DNA of 64,000 bases from Eledone cirrhosa (taxonomy: Eukaryota): the NCBI GenBank assembly GCA_964016885.1, contig OZ024747.1, forward strand, positions 1,922,001 through 1,986,000, given 5' to 3'. Below the pieces are notes generated by a model. That model was not told where the DNA came from. It made no database searches and saw only the letters and a program-made list of their open reading frames with translations. Shown here piece by piece: positions 39,011 through 52,500 of this stretch (position 1 is the first letter of the stretch; every line of letters starts with the position of its first letter). The position numbers and the translations under genes are program-made.

Positions 39011-39757
39011 CAATGATGTTGACTTGTTGTTCTTTTTGGTAAATATCATCTTGGTTAAGAGAGTGGGACTGGCTTTGTGCAGTGCCTTTGCTCACTATAA
39101 AAGCTTCACGGCACAGGCATTGCTTTATATCTGGAGATCTCTCTGCACTTGTCACATGGTACCATGGGCCCAGCACTATGTGTCAATAATTGTCACAAGT
39201 GTAGTGTTTGTACCAGAGTTTTCAAGTCGCTGGCTGGACTAAAAAGTCACACTCGTTCAGCGCATCGGTAGGGGTTCTCCTACATGGATACAAAATAGTG
39301 GCCGTACGCGAAAACGAGTTGGCAGCCACCATATATATATATATATAGAGAGAGAGAGTGTATGCGGTATTGAGATCAGTGGGGAGATCATTAATCACAC
39401 ACATATATATATATATATATATATTGCTGAAAATAATGATCTGATACTTTTCCCTTGTTTACATTGTAATAGGGATTGCCTTTCAAACTAGTCTGAAATC
39501 CCATTTAGGTCAACCAATGTAAACCAATTTACATGTGAATTGAACACAGTTTTTATATGTCAGATCTGCCACAAAAGATACAAAACATCCTGTGGCCTTA
39601 AGAAACATTATAAAATCGACAGAGATGGGATGATTCAGGAAAAAAACATTTTATCGTCAATACTCTCTCAGACTTGATTGCAAAATTTGTCCAAAAACTT
39701 TTGCTTCATGTCTGGACTTAAAAAAAGACATTTACAGGCTCATGGTAGAAAACTCAA

Positions 39758-39977
39758 CCCTTTAGCATTCAAACTGGCCATATCCGGCCAGAATTCTCTC
39801 ACCTCTTTCTGTTCAAACCAGCCATAACTGGCTGCTCATATTTATATTAAGGTATTGTTCTCAAAATAAATAATATCAAAATATCATAGATTCAATATTA
39901 TGTGAGATAATTACATGAGGTAAAACCTTTACCATCAAAATGTAATAGTATATATAGAGTAATGTAATGCTAAAGGG
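39758..39977. mobile_element. piggyBac-type (TTAA) MITE
   Basis: tcaa-CCCTTTAGCATT...AATGCTAAAGGG-ttaa: 12-bp TIR and a TTAA-like TSD. Confidence 0.8.
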
Positions 39978-42900
39978 TTAAATATAAATAAATAAATGTA
40001 CCTCAGGCAGTGGACCCTAATGTCATTTGAAAACTCACCAAAACAAATCAGTAAACCAAAGTGGAAGCTATGTTCATCACTGCAGCATATGCAGAAAGGA
40101 ATGTAAATCCTTGGTAGTGCTAAAGAGTCATGTTTGTGCCACCAATGTGTGAGAGGGGATCAGGTGGTGGCAATTCTTGAAACTGAGATGCAGTCGTTAG
40201 GTATGTATGTATGCATGCGTATAACTTTATGTATGATTACATATAGTGGGATATTTGTTAAAAGATTCAACAAATTTACTATATACAATAGTTTAATGCA
40301 TCAAGAACATTTTAATATTTACAATGTCAATAATATCAGTAAAAGATATTTGTTCCTTGTTGAACCTTTCAATTCAGTGATATCTTTTACACCAATACAG
40401 AATGTAAAATGTCGAAAGACTACTAAAATGGTGTCTTGAATTGCTGATTATGTTATGTGTAAAGAAATCTTTCAAACATCTTACCAACTCATGATTAACT
40501 TTTAGATCTATTTATGGCTGGAATTATTCCATTTAGAAATCTATTTTTAAAAGCTGCTGATTATTCTGATTATTTTTAGTTTACAAAAGTCAGTCTTGCA
40601 TAGTGATTGCTTTTTCTTCATGTCTGCAAATATTTTTCAAAGATGAACAGATATCTGATCTTTCACTTATTGATTCTCACTGGGTGAAAATTACAGAACA
40701 TTTTTTTATGATGATTGTCTCATTAATTCATGTAAATGTATATCATACAGTTATTAATAGATAATAGTTAAGTCACAGAAACGTTGTTTGACATTTAAAA
40801 TATTTTTGGTGAGGAAGAAGCTATTCACCAACTAATTATAAATATGTACAAACAAGCAAAGATGATCCTGGTGCCTATTCTGACAAGTGGAGATGAGTTT
40901 GATTTATGGAAATGTGTTTATCATCACTAGAAAGGTTGTCCTGTCTGAAAAGTGTTTCCAACTCTTTATTTGGCAAGCTTTCTATAGCTGCATGCCTTTC
41001 CTAACATCAACCACTTTAGAGTGTACTGGGTGCATTTATTGTGTAGATCATCAACACTGAAGAGATTGCTATGTCCTTGACACAACTGAAGTGTCCTCTC
41101 GACCCTTTTTTACTTTACTGTACTGGGTACATTTTTATGGCACCAACACTAGAGAAACTGTTAGTTATTGCCACAGTTGAAAAACCCTCTTTGCTTTGTG
41201 GTAGGGAAGATAGATATGATGTTATGAATGTATGATAAGTGTGGTGGGATTTATATGCCCAAATTATAAGACTATTTTTCATAGATTTGTTGGTGAAAGA
41301 TCAATGTAGGTGTGGGATTAAAAAGCAGTATGAGAAATCAGTACAGTTAAGACATAATTGTTTTAGTTTGTAAAGTGATATATCAAGATGTAGTGTAATA
41401 GGAGATTATATAGTTTCGTTGTGGTCATTACTGAGTGTGTCAAAATGTCTTCATGAGTGTTAATTGAGTTGTTAAAAATTTGGGCTTGTTGGAAACATTC
41501 ATCATGATAGAGGCATTGTTCCTTTCAATGACGACATCTAAAAATAATTAACATTATCAACATTGCAACCACTCCTGTTTTCCCCCAGACTCTAACAGTA
41601 AATTCTTGAATTGTCACAAGTTCAGAACAAAAATATCTATGTACCCCCCACCTACACACATGACTCCATCTGCTTAATCAGGCCTATCCTCACAAGCTTT
41701 CTCAACACTTCTAGAAAACCAACCGCCAAAGCCTCCTTAGCATTTATTTACAAAATCACTAACGGTTGGTTTTGCCCCACTGAATAGATTTTACAGGCAA
41801 AATCAACAGACAGGAGATCCAGGGGTAGACTCCAAGCAAGATGGTTGGATAACATCCATGAGCTCAACTGGTCTTGCCTGGGGATCCAACTGGATTAATT
41901 GGATTTGGTCACTTCTGACAGGACTCACTGGAAAGAGTATTTGAGGACTCTGCCCCAACAACTTTCACTGGAATGTGAGCAAAGATGAAGAAGACTGATT
42001 GAATTTAAAACATAAACGCGTTCACCTCGACAGATTCCCATTATCATCAACCACCTGAGATCCTTATTCCTAACAATATTTAAATTTCCTGTAACTAACA
42101 CAAATTCTATCTCTAACCACCCCAGGTAGACACATATATACATTCCTACAGAAACTGAGCACAAACAAATGTTTGTCTGTTTAAAAATTTAAATGTGTGT
42201 GTGTAGGGGGTGGGGTGGGGGATGAACCTCCATTGGCTCTCGTGATGAGCGTTCCTGCTGTTTGATATATGAAACAGCCTGCTGATGAAATTAACATGCA
42301 ATTGGCTTTGTATTCCCTAAAAACATGTATGTATGAACCCTTAACTCCTGAAGGAGTTGTAGGGTCGCCATGTTGACATACAGTATTTCTAGGGCATTTT
42401 TAAACCCTGGCAGATCCCATCTCTCCAGGTCTGAATACTGCAGATTTCTTCCAGAGTAGTATAGAGAGTGAGAGAATGGAAGTGAGAGAGAAGTATAGAG
42501 GAAGAATCAACTCCAGTACTTACTGGTACTTTTTTTTTATCGACCTAGAATAGATAAAAAGCAAAGTTGACCTCAGTGGAGTTTGAGAGCAGAAAGCTGG
42601 AACAAATACTACAAATCCTTCTATCCAATGTTCTAAAAACTCTGCTAATTTGCCATATAAACTTGTGAACTTGTAACATAATTCTTAAGGAGATTCAGAC
42701 TTACGCAGAGTGTGACAAGGCTAGCCGTTTGAATCTCAGGTAGAATTCATTTTCTCTAGCTGAGTATACTGGGACAACACGAAAGTGTCTTATTGAAGGA
42801 CTCAATATGCAGCTGGGAATTGAACTCACAACCTTATAATCATGACAGTGTCTATATTATATTAATAACAAACTGATTAATTTAATCGATCGTATTTATG

Positions 42901-44622
42901 AAAAATATGAAGTTAATTAAGCTTAATTGTTGCCTGAAGAGTTTAATTCCTCAAAATAGAGAAATAGAAGAGCAAGTCTATTATTTAACAACAATGAAGT
43001 CTCCCTATTACCTGTTGCTAATCATTTCGTTTAACCCTTTAGTTACCAGCCCAGGCAAAATGGAATACACAAGAGAGCTCTAATCAATCATATCATGTCT
43101 TGTACTGTGACAATCGTAATCTAATCACAGATAAATGGTGTTGTATTGTTGATAATGTCATTGTTTAGTTTTTAAAATGACATAAATTTGTTGTATGTCT
43201 AACCGATGCTAGCGTGGAAAGTGGACGTTAAACGATGATGACAATGTTGGGCCAGAAGTTCCTGTCTCAAGATAATCTGCAATAAAAAAGCAGATATAAA
43301 ATAATAATGATGAAGAGGATAATGATGATGATAATCTGACCAGCTTCTGCCCAATTTCTGTCAACTAAACATCCATAAGACCCAGGGCAACAGTAGAATA
43401 CCTTTAACTAAAGTGAAATCTGGAAGTATGTAGTTATGAAACAAACTTGTTAACCACTCAACTACAAAATACAGTCTATTCACTTTTTACATGAAATTGA
43501 AGTACGCGAGTTCACTTTGCGCAAATAACATGCTATAACACGTGTGGTTTTTAATTTTGTTTTATTTATCAGAAAATTAGACTTGAATTACACAAATTTG
43601 CTTTACATGGCGCATTCATGAACGCATCTTTGTGTAAAAAGCGAACACACTGTACTGTATATTGCAATGATGATAATACATATTGAATTGTACTTCAAAA
43701 TACAGTATGGAAGATTTTCTCTGTAACCCCAAAGATAATTCAAAGGGTGTATTTCAGCTACAAAATGATTGATCTGCCAACAAGATCAATCAATGAAGAT
43801 AGTTTAATTCAATTTCCCAATCATCAAAGTAGCCTTTTTGCCTTTCAAAATTCTTTCCAAACCACAAGAGAAATTCAAACCAAACCATTCTGACATCTAA
43901 AGCATCATGAAACAAGTAAGTGGTTCAAAATGGTTTTAGATCAACCATTCTATTTCAAGGGATAGGATGCTGTCAGAGACAAGAAGTCTTCCAAATGGTG
44001 ATCCAAAATGGTCGGGGCAAATAGTAATATCAAATAAATTAAAATAGAACAAACTATTAACACAAATACACACAGACACAGTCACAGACACACACAGACA
44101 CTCATACACATGCACACACAGATACATGCACCCAGTCACAGATATACTGACATACAGACAGACACAGGCACACACACACAGTCACTGACACACAGTCACT
44201 GACACACAGACAGACACACAGAGACACTGACACAAAGACACACACAAACAACAACAGCAGCAGCAACAACAACATACACAGACACAAACAATAACTACAT
44301 GTACACACGCATACACACACATGAGACACACACATATTTCAATACAAATCTGTACAGGATTAACTGAGACTACATCATCATCATCATCATATATATAGAT
44401 AGATATACTCAGTATATATAGACATGAAAACAAATCATATTTCTGTATTTCTGTGAATATTGAAAAACGATTAACAACCAATAATTGATTTTCAACTGTT
44501 CTTGAAGTTTTATTGGAAGTGTCTACATCATTGATCAACCTAAAAGAAATGCAAAGCTAATGGCTGTATAAAGTCTACAAAATTAGAAGTAACAGTAAAT
44601 AGGGGCTACCAATTTGCATATC

Positions 44623-44729
44623 ATTAGTGCTTATATTAGTAGCTTATCTTAGTATATATTCAAGCTTTAGCATCACCAATATATTATTAGTGCTTATATT
44701 AGTAGCTTATCTTAGTATATATTCAAGCC
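44623..44729. repeat. Short tandem duplication
   Basis: attagtgcttatattagtagcttatcttagtatatattcaagc occurs twice, 63 bp apart. Confidence 0.85.
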
Positions 44730-45249
44730 CTTAGCCCCGTCATCACCCACAGTAATGCTGCAAGTGTCTTTCTTTATTAATACACTAATTTGTTTGTTTT
44801 TATCATATTGGACTTAACAATCTACCAATGAAGGGATCTAATTCAGGGGAGGATAACTCTATCAAAACACATGAAATACCTGTCACTCATTCTCTCAAAT
44901 TATCTAGTGGGGGCACGGGAAGGTCTAAACAGCATTCTACCTACAAGGCTTGCCTCATTTCTGATGACCCTTGTGGTCTGTGATTATATATTTTTGTGTA
45001 TTATATTTATTAGGTTCCTAGCAATAATTAATTGATTTCATGTATTTACTTTTACTTAATCTTATGTATTTGTTATATTTTTAATGTTATTTATATAATT
45101 GTGAATAAAGTTTTCAATATTATTAAAGTGTATACTAAGCAGCTGAAATATACAATATATATAAATATGTAAACACACCTAACATGGTTGAGTTTGAAAT
45201 TAGCTAATTTCAAACCCAATCATGTTAGGTGTATTTATTTAAAAAAATA

Positions 45250-45270
45250 TTTTCTCTTTTGTTTTCCAGG
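45250..45270 (+). promoter_or_regulatory. Putative 3' splice site of the protocadherin coding exon
   Basis: ttttctcttttgttttccAG|G, 95 nt upstream of the ATG. Confidence 0.65.
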
Positions 45271-45364
45271 TTTTTTTTTTACCGTCAACTCGAGTATAAC
45301 ATTATAAACTTGCATCAACAGAAATAACTTCAATAATTTCTGTTTAAAATTCATAAATGAGGAC

Positions 45365-47677
45365 ATGTGGTTACAAGTTTGCATATTCTTATTTCTCATA
45401 CAACAATTTCATTGTATGGATAGCTACTATGTAGCTGAAGAAGAACCTTCAGGAACTTTTGTAGGTGACATTGCAAGCACTGAAGACAGATCAAATTTGG
45501 TCTTTGAAATGCTCCAAGGAAATAATATAAACTTATTCACTGTCACCAAGGAAGGTAAAATGTATACACTTAAGAAACTAGATGCTGAAGCTCTTTGTTC
45601 CTACAAGTCAGAATGTTCTAGAACACTCGATGTGACTATAAAAAATGGAGGTGTTGTCAAATCTGTAAAAGAAATTAAGATTATAATTGAGGATATTGAT
45701 GACCATAAACCCATGTTTCCAGTTTCTGAAGTGAACCTTCATTTTTCTGAAGCTGATGGTAAAGGCATGAAAAAACCTATCAATAATGCTGTTGATAAAG
45801 ATATAAGTGTACAATATTCTGAAATTAAATATGAAATAAGTAAAGATGAAGATACACCTTTTTCCTTAGACATTTCTAAAAAAGTGGATGGAACATCTCA
45901 ACTAAAAATAGTTTCAGATGAACGACTTGATCGAGAGACTAAAGCTGTTCATAATCTCCAAGTATTTGCTAAAGGTAGTAAATCTTCAGAAGGAAAAAGT
46001 GTTTTAAATATTAAAATAGATGTTTTAGATTTCAATGATAACCCTCCAGTCTTCACACAGAAAGTTTACAATTTTTCCATAGGAAACACAGTGCAAAGAA
46101 ACATGCCAATAGCAGCTCTTTCTGCAACAGATGCTGATTCTGGTATAAATAGCAGAATTTCATATCGGTTTAGCTTGAAAACTTCAGAAGTAGCTGAATC
46201 ACATTTTGAAATAAATGAAAACACTGGAGAAATTTTCCTCAGTAAACCATTCTCTACAATGAAACAACAAAGTTATCAACTTTTCATTGAGGCTATTGAT
46301 GGAGGTAACCCTCCTTTGAGTTCAGTTGCATTAGTTTGGGTATTTGTGACCAATCAAAAGAACAATGCGCCTGATATTGATGTGACATTTCCTTCTAAGT
46401 CAACAAATACTTTAACAATTCCAGAAAATGAACCAGTGGACAGTTTTATTGCATATGTGAAAATTACTGATAACGATAAGGGTAAAAATGGTGAAGTCGT
46501 TTGTCATATAAAACATGATTACTTTTATTTAAAAAATACCACCAAAAATAGATACACATTAGCACTGAAAAAGGAAATTGACAGAGAAACAATAACAAAA
46601 ATGGATTTTAAGATCACTTGTCGAGATAAAGGATCTCCATCTTTGAGTTCAGAGAAACAATTTTCTGTCAACGTCACAGATATTAATGATGTACCGCCAC
46701 AATTTACCAAGAGTTCATTTACATTCATAACTTATGAAAATGAAGAGGTTGGATTCCCAATTGGTTTTGTAAATGTCAGTGATCCTGATCTTGGACCTGG
46801 GGGTGAAGTTGATTATTTTCTTTTAAGCGAAACAAACAGAAACTTTCCATTTCAAATTTCTCATTTTGGATTTATATCAACAACCCAATCATTAGATAGA
46901 GAACAATGTAGCATCTATCGATTCAAAGTTTTAGCAAAAGACAATGGAACTCCTTTATTGGAAAGCACAGCAAATATTATTGTTGAAGTGGTTGATGAAA
47001 ATGATAATTCTCCCTATTTTACGTTCCCCAGTGGAGACCAGTTTAATCTAGAGTTCAACTATTACCCAGATAGCAACAATGATATCACAGTACTAAGAGC
47101 TTCTGACAGAGATAGCCATGCAAATTCCTTTCTCAAGTATGAAATACTAGGGGGAAATAAGAATCAATTATTTACAGTCAACTCTTACACAGGGATTGTG
47201 TCTTTCTCTCGTACAGTTTACAAAAATGATGCTGGATCATATGCTCTAAAATTAGCTGTCAAAGACAGTGGTAAACCAGTTTTATCAGCCACAACTACAC
47301 TGTCTTTGACTCTAACTGTAAGCAATAAAACATCAACAGTTTCATCAAAAGCAGCAGGAAATAGCATTAATATAAACCTATTTATTATTATTATAGTTGC
47401 AGCTGTGATAGTATCTCTTGTTCTGGTCATTTCAATAACATTGTGTATAGTGAAAAAGAACGACCAAAGGAATATCCATTATAACAATGTAATGAATTCA
47501 CCAAGGAAATTTCGCAATACAAATAAACATATAGAATATTTCCATAAACAACTACCTCAATCAGATACACCAATTACAATGCCTGTAATGTGTAGAAGAC
47601 AATCTCTACCAGGATTCCAGTCAGATCATAACTGGAGTGATCCAGGGATACATTACCATACTCTCAAAGAAGGCAGG
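45365..47677 (+). CDS. PCDH: Protocadherin (cephalopod type): signal peptide, 6 EC repeats, TM and proximal tail in one exon (the ORF reads through to 47719 if unspliced)
   Basis: 784-aa ORF with hydrophobic leader; EC1 LDAE and Cx5C; linkers DIDDHKP, DFNDNPP, NQKNNAP, DINDVPP, DENDNSP; LDRE, AxDxD and DxGxP motifs; TM LFIIIIVAAVIVSLVLVISITLCIV. Confidence 0.95.
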
Positions 47678-47683
47678 GTAAGT
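47675..47683 (+). promoter_or_regulatory. Putative 5' splice donor, phase 0
   Basis: AGG|GTAAGT after codon 771. The sequence then turns AT-rich and repetitive. Confidence 0.7.
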
Positions 47684-47796
47684 AATTCAAATAGACATTT
47701 TTTAATAAGATATTTGTGAAAAAAAACTTCATCCAAACTGAATCAGTTACTTTTTTTATTATGTACATACACACACACACACACATAATAATAATA

Positions 47797-48295
47797 ATAA
47801 TTGTTTCTACTTTAGACACAAGGCCAGTAATTTGAAGGGGTGGGGGAAGTTGATTAAATTTCCCCCAGTACATTACTGGTGCTTTATTAATCGACCCCGT
47901 AAAGATGAAAGGCTAAGCTGACCTCATATAATAATAATAATAATAATTGTTTAATGGGCATAAATCAAAGTTGTAGCCGCAGTATAGCAGATACCAATCA
48001 AATTGTTTGAGGAGCTCACAAAATACGCAATGGTTTGAAAAATTATTATATTTTCATCCAGAGTAAACACAAAAAGTTGTGACACCAAGAATAAAGTGAC
48101 CAAATGCATGTGGCCAAAATAATTGTTTCTACTTTTGGCACAAGGCCAGCAATTATCCCAGTGTATTACTGGTACTTTATTTTATCGACCCCGTAAGGAT
48201 GAAAGGCAAAGTTAACCTCGGCTGGATTTGAACTCAGACCATAAAGGGCCGTAACACTCTGTTGCAAAGCATGGGGTCTGACCCTCTACTGATAT
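47797..48295 (-). mobile_element. Two SINE family A copies (47797-47927 and 48121-48295)
   Basis: Family-A core and tail in both; B-box in the second. Confidence 0.8.
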
Positions 48296-48453
48296 GCCCC
48301 AATTCTTTCTGTCTCAAGTCTCAAAGCTTCTGTTTACACATGTGCAATGGTGAAAGACCAGAAGTACATTTTCCTTTTGTTTGTTTTGATTGTAGCTTAA
48401 CAACTCTACATAGTTGCTTGAATTTATTGAATAATAGATAGAAGAGAGAAACA

Positions 48454-48505
<52 letters not shown>

Positions 48506-48705
48506 ATATTAATAAATGGAAACTATAGTTTCCATTTATTAATATCGTATATCTACTCCAAAAACTTGTCGAGTGCTTTATATCAGTTATAAAATATTTA
48601 CTTCTTGTATCCCAACAATTTTAAATAGAACTTTTGCATATACATATATATATATATTTACATATATATATATATTTACATATATATACATATATATATA
48701 TATAC

Positions 48706-48752
<47 letters not shown>

Positions 48753-48944
48753 CATCATTCCATTTTATGTCTGCTTTTTCCCTGCTTGCAAGGGTGGGAC
48801 AGGAACTGATTCTGGCTTGATTTCTACAGTTGGATGCCCTTCCTAACACCAACCTCATTTACACTGACTGCTGGGTGTTTTTTTGCCGTGGCACCTCCAC
48901 GACCACTTTGCAGTGGAATGATAGGGACCCCAGTCCCTATCATC

Positions 48945-49085
48945 TCATTTCTACAGCTGAGCTAACTGGAGCAATGTGAAATAAAGTGTCTTGCTCAAGG
49001 AAACAACAGATCACCCAGTCTGAGAATTGAACTCACAACCTTTCAATTGCAAGGTCAATGCTCTAACCACTAAGCCATATGCCTC
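48945..49085 (-). mobile_element. tRNA-derived SINE family B
   Basis: aaataaagtgtcttgctcaagga..gaattgaactcacaacc..ctctaaccactaagcca. Related copies lie at about 16625-16730, 42740-42850 and 62270-62370. Confidence 0.7.
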
Positions 49086-49516
49086 CATATACATATATAT
49101 ATACATATATATATATACATATACATATATATATATATACATATACATATACATATACATATGTATATACATATATATATACATATATATATACATATAT
49201 ATATACATATATATATACATATATATATACATACATATATACATACATATATACATACATATAGATACATACATATATCATCATCATATATACATACATA
49301 TATATATATTTATTAAAATAACAGATTAAAGTTTAAGCAAAGAATCGCTGCTTATTTATCATTATCGAGCCCTCTTTGGATTTTAGTCTTCAAATTTATT
49401 ATTATTACTATATATATATATACATATATATACATACATATATATATGTGTATATATAAGCAAAAAGGATATTCAATTTGTTGGTAATTCAACAAATATA
49501 TATATGTATATATACA

Positions 49517-52500
49517 TATCATCATCATCACCGTTTTACGTCCGTTCTTCCACGCTAGCATGGGTTAGACAGGCTGTCCTGCAGTGTCCGGTCGGCTGAC
49601 TTTGTCTTGCTCATACAGGAACTGATTCTGGCTTGATTTCTACAGCTGGATGCCCTTCCTAACACCAACCTCATTTACAGTGAGTGCTGGGTGCTTTTTT
49701 CCGTGGCGCCTACACGTCCACTTTACAGTGTGGGCTGGGTGCTTTATTGCTGTGGCACCTCCATGACCACTTTGCAGTAGGAGGTTGTAAGGGCATATTG
49801 TCTATATTTTTCAGCTTCGGCTTGTACCCATGGGAGGTCGGGTACTCTGTATTACTGCGTGACGCCAGAGGTCACGGTCATGTGTCATCGCCTTTGGTGT
49901 AATTGGGTAAGGTCGGCTATTATCACCTCATCCCAGGTCTTCTTGGGTCTCCCCACTCCGCGGTTTCCATCGACTTCTACTGCTCTGCACCTTTTTATGC
50001 AGCTGTCATCCTTCATATGCATCACATGTCCATACCAACGCAACCGCCTCTCCTGCACACAGCATTTGATTCCTCTTATGCTCAGTCTCTCTCTCAATTC
50101 ATTTATGCTTCGCCGTTCGCGTATATTTCTATTACACATCCATCAGAGCATGCAGGCTTCGTTTCTTTCTAATCTACGCAAGTCTTCCACATTCAGCGCC
50201 CAGGTCTCCCTACCATGTAACATTGCTGTTCGTATACACTCCTCATACAGTCTGCCTTTCATTTTAAGGGAAAAGAATTTTGCAGCTAGCAGTGGCAGTA
50301 GCTTCCTGAACTTCTTCCATCCCGTTCTTACTCTAGTTATTGTACTTTCTGAACACCTACCTCCGCTGCTAATTCGGTCACCTAGGTAGCAGAAGCTGTC
50401 TACTGTTTCTACAGAGTCCTCCCAGAGTCTGGTGGTACTTGTTTGCTGTTCCAGCACAGCTGCTACATGTGAAGCCTACATTCTTAGTTAAGCTTCCTGA
50501 GATCCCGCTACATCTCTTGTGTATCCATTGTTGCATTTGGGGGCAGAGAATGGAGTTCCTACCTACACCTTTCCTAGCAAGGCCATTTCCCTGAGGGGAT
50601 CTGGGTTCTGTTTTCTTGTCTACTTACAAGGACCTTAGTCTTTGTCAGGTTGACTTTGAGACCCTTTCTTTCTAGTCCCTGCTTCCAAGTTTGGAATTTC
50701 TTCTCTAGTTCTACCATAGATTGAGTTATAAGTGCGAGGTCATCTGCATACAGGAGTTCCCATGGGCATCCGGTCTTAAACTCCTCCATTATTGCCTGCA
50801 GGACTATGATGAACAGGAGAGGGCTAAGAACAGAGCCCTGGTGGACACCAACCTGTACGCTAAATTCCTCGCTATACTCATTGCTAATCTTAACTTTGCT
50901 GACTGCTCCCCTATACATGGCTTGTACAGCTTTCACAAGCCATTCATCTACTCCTAGTTTTCTAAGAGCCCACCAGATTATAGCACGTGGAACTCTGTCA
51001 AAGGCTTTCTCGAGATCGACGAATGCCAGGTAGAGTGGCTTACTTTTAGCTAGATTCTTTTCCTGTAACTGCCTCACAAGGAAGAGGGCATCAGTGGTGC
51101 CTCTTCCTGGTACAAACCCAAATTGCATCTCATCTAGTTTCACCCGGTCCCTAATCAACTGTGCTATAACTCTTTCTGTTACTTTCATGACCTGGTCCAT
51201 CAGCTTTATACCTCTATAGTTTCCTCTATCTAGTGCATCACCTTTACCTTTGTAGCAGTTGACAATGATGCTACTGCACCAATCCTTTGGTATGACACCT
51301 TCTAGTATTACTTGGTTAACAATACGTGTGGTTATAGTGTGACCTACAGACCCAGATGCCTTCAGCATCTCGCCAGCTATACCCGATGGACCGGTTGCCT
51401 TCCCTATCTTCATATCTCTGATTGCCTTACTTACTACGCTACTGCTGACTTGTACTGCTGGCCCCTCTATAGGGTCTACTTGGGGTAGGGTCTCTTCTTC
51501 CCATGCATTCTCCTCATTTAGTAATCTATCATAATGGCTCTTCCTTGCATCTTTCTTCTCAGCACTTGTGAGGGCAAGCTCACCTTTATCATTCCAGATA
51601 CACTTCTCTCCAATGACATCACAATTCTCTCTGACACATTGCCTCGCAATCTTGAACACCTCCTGTTTCTGGTCCTCATGTTGCAAAACATGCTTGAATT
51701 TTCTATCCTCTGCTTCCCTCCTAGCTAAGTATACTTGTTGCCTAGCTTCCCTCTTGGTCTCTATGTAATGTACCCTGCTTCCCCTGTTCTTCCATTCTTT
51801 CCATGCCTGTCTCTTGGCCTTAACTGCCTCATCTACCTTATTGTTCCACTACCAAGTCACTCTCCTCCTGCTTGTGGTCTTACTCCAGCCACAGATCTCA
51901 TCCGTCGCCTCTAGTAAGTTATTTTTTAGGAACTCCCAGTGCTCTTCTACATTGAATGTCTCTATCTGTTCTTCTTTACTGTCGTAGGCGTTGAGTAAAA
52001 TATCTTTAAATCTGTTACTGGCTGAGGGGTCTTTCAGCTTCCAGATATTTCTTCTCCAGGTTGGCCTCTGTTTCCAGGTTCGTCTAGTTCTGACCGTGAG
52101 GTCGCTGACAACTAAGCTATGTTGGGAGGCTTTTGTGTTTACAACCGTCCATCTGTCACATCCTCTGATGAGGATAAAATCTATCTGACTAGAATGCTCC
52201 CCTGATCTATAGGTGATCAGGTGATTGTCGGGTTTTTTGAAGTTTGTGTTATATATCGACATGTCATTGGCGTCGCAGAATTCTAGAAGTCTGAATCCTT
52301 CTTCATTTCTTGTGCCAACCCCGTGGCCTCCATGGACTCTATTGAAGCCGTCACAGTGTTTACCTACATGTCCGTTAAAATCTCCTGCGATGATTAGGAA
52401 GTCATTGTCGTCTGTTAGAGCAGTAGTGTGCATTAGGGACTTGTAAAACCTATCCTTAAGTTCGTCTGGCAACCCCAATTGGGGTGCATAAGCTAATATT

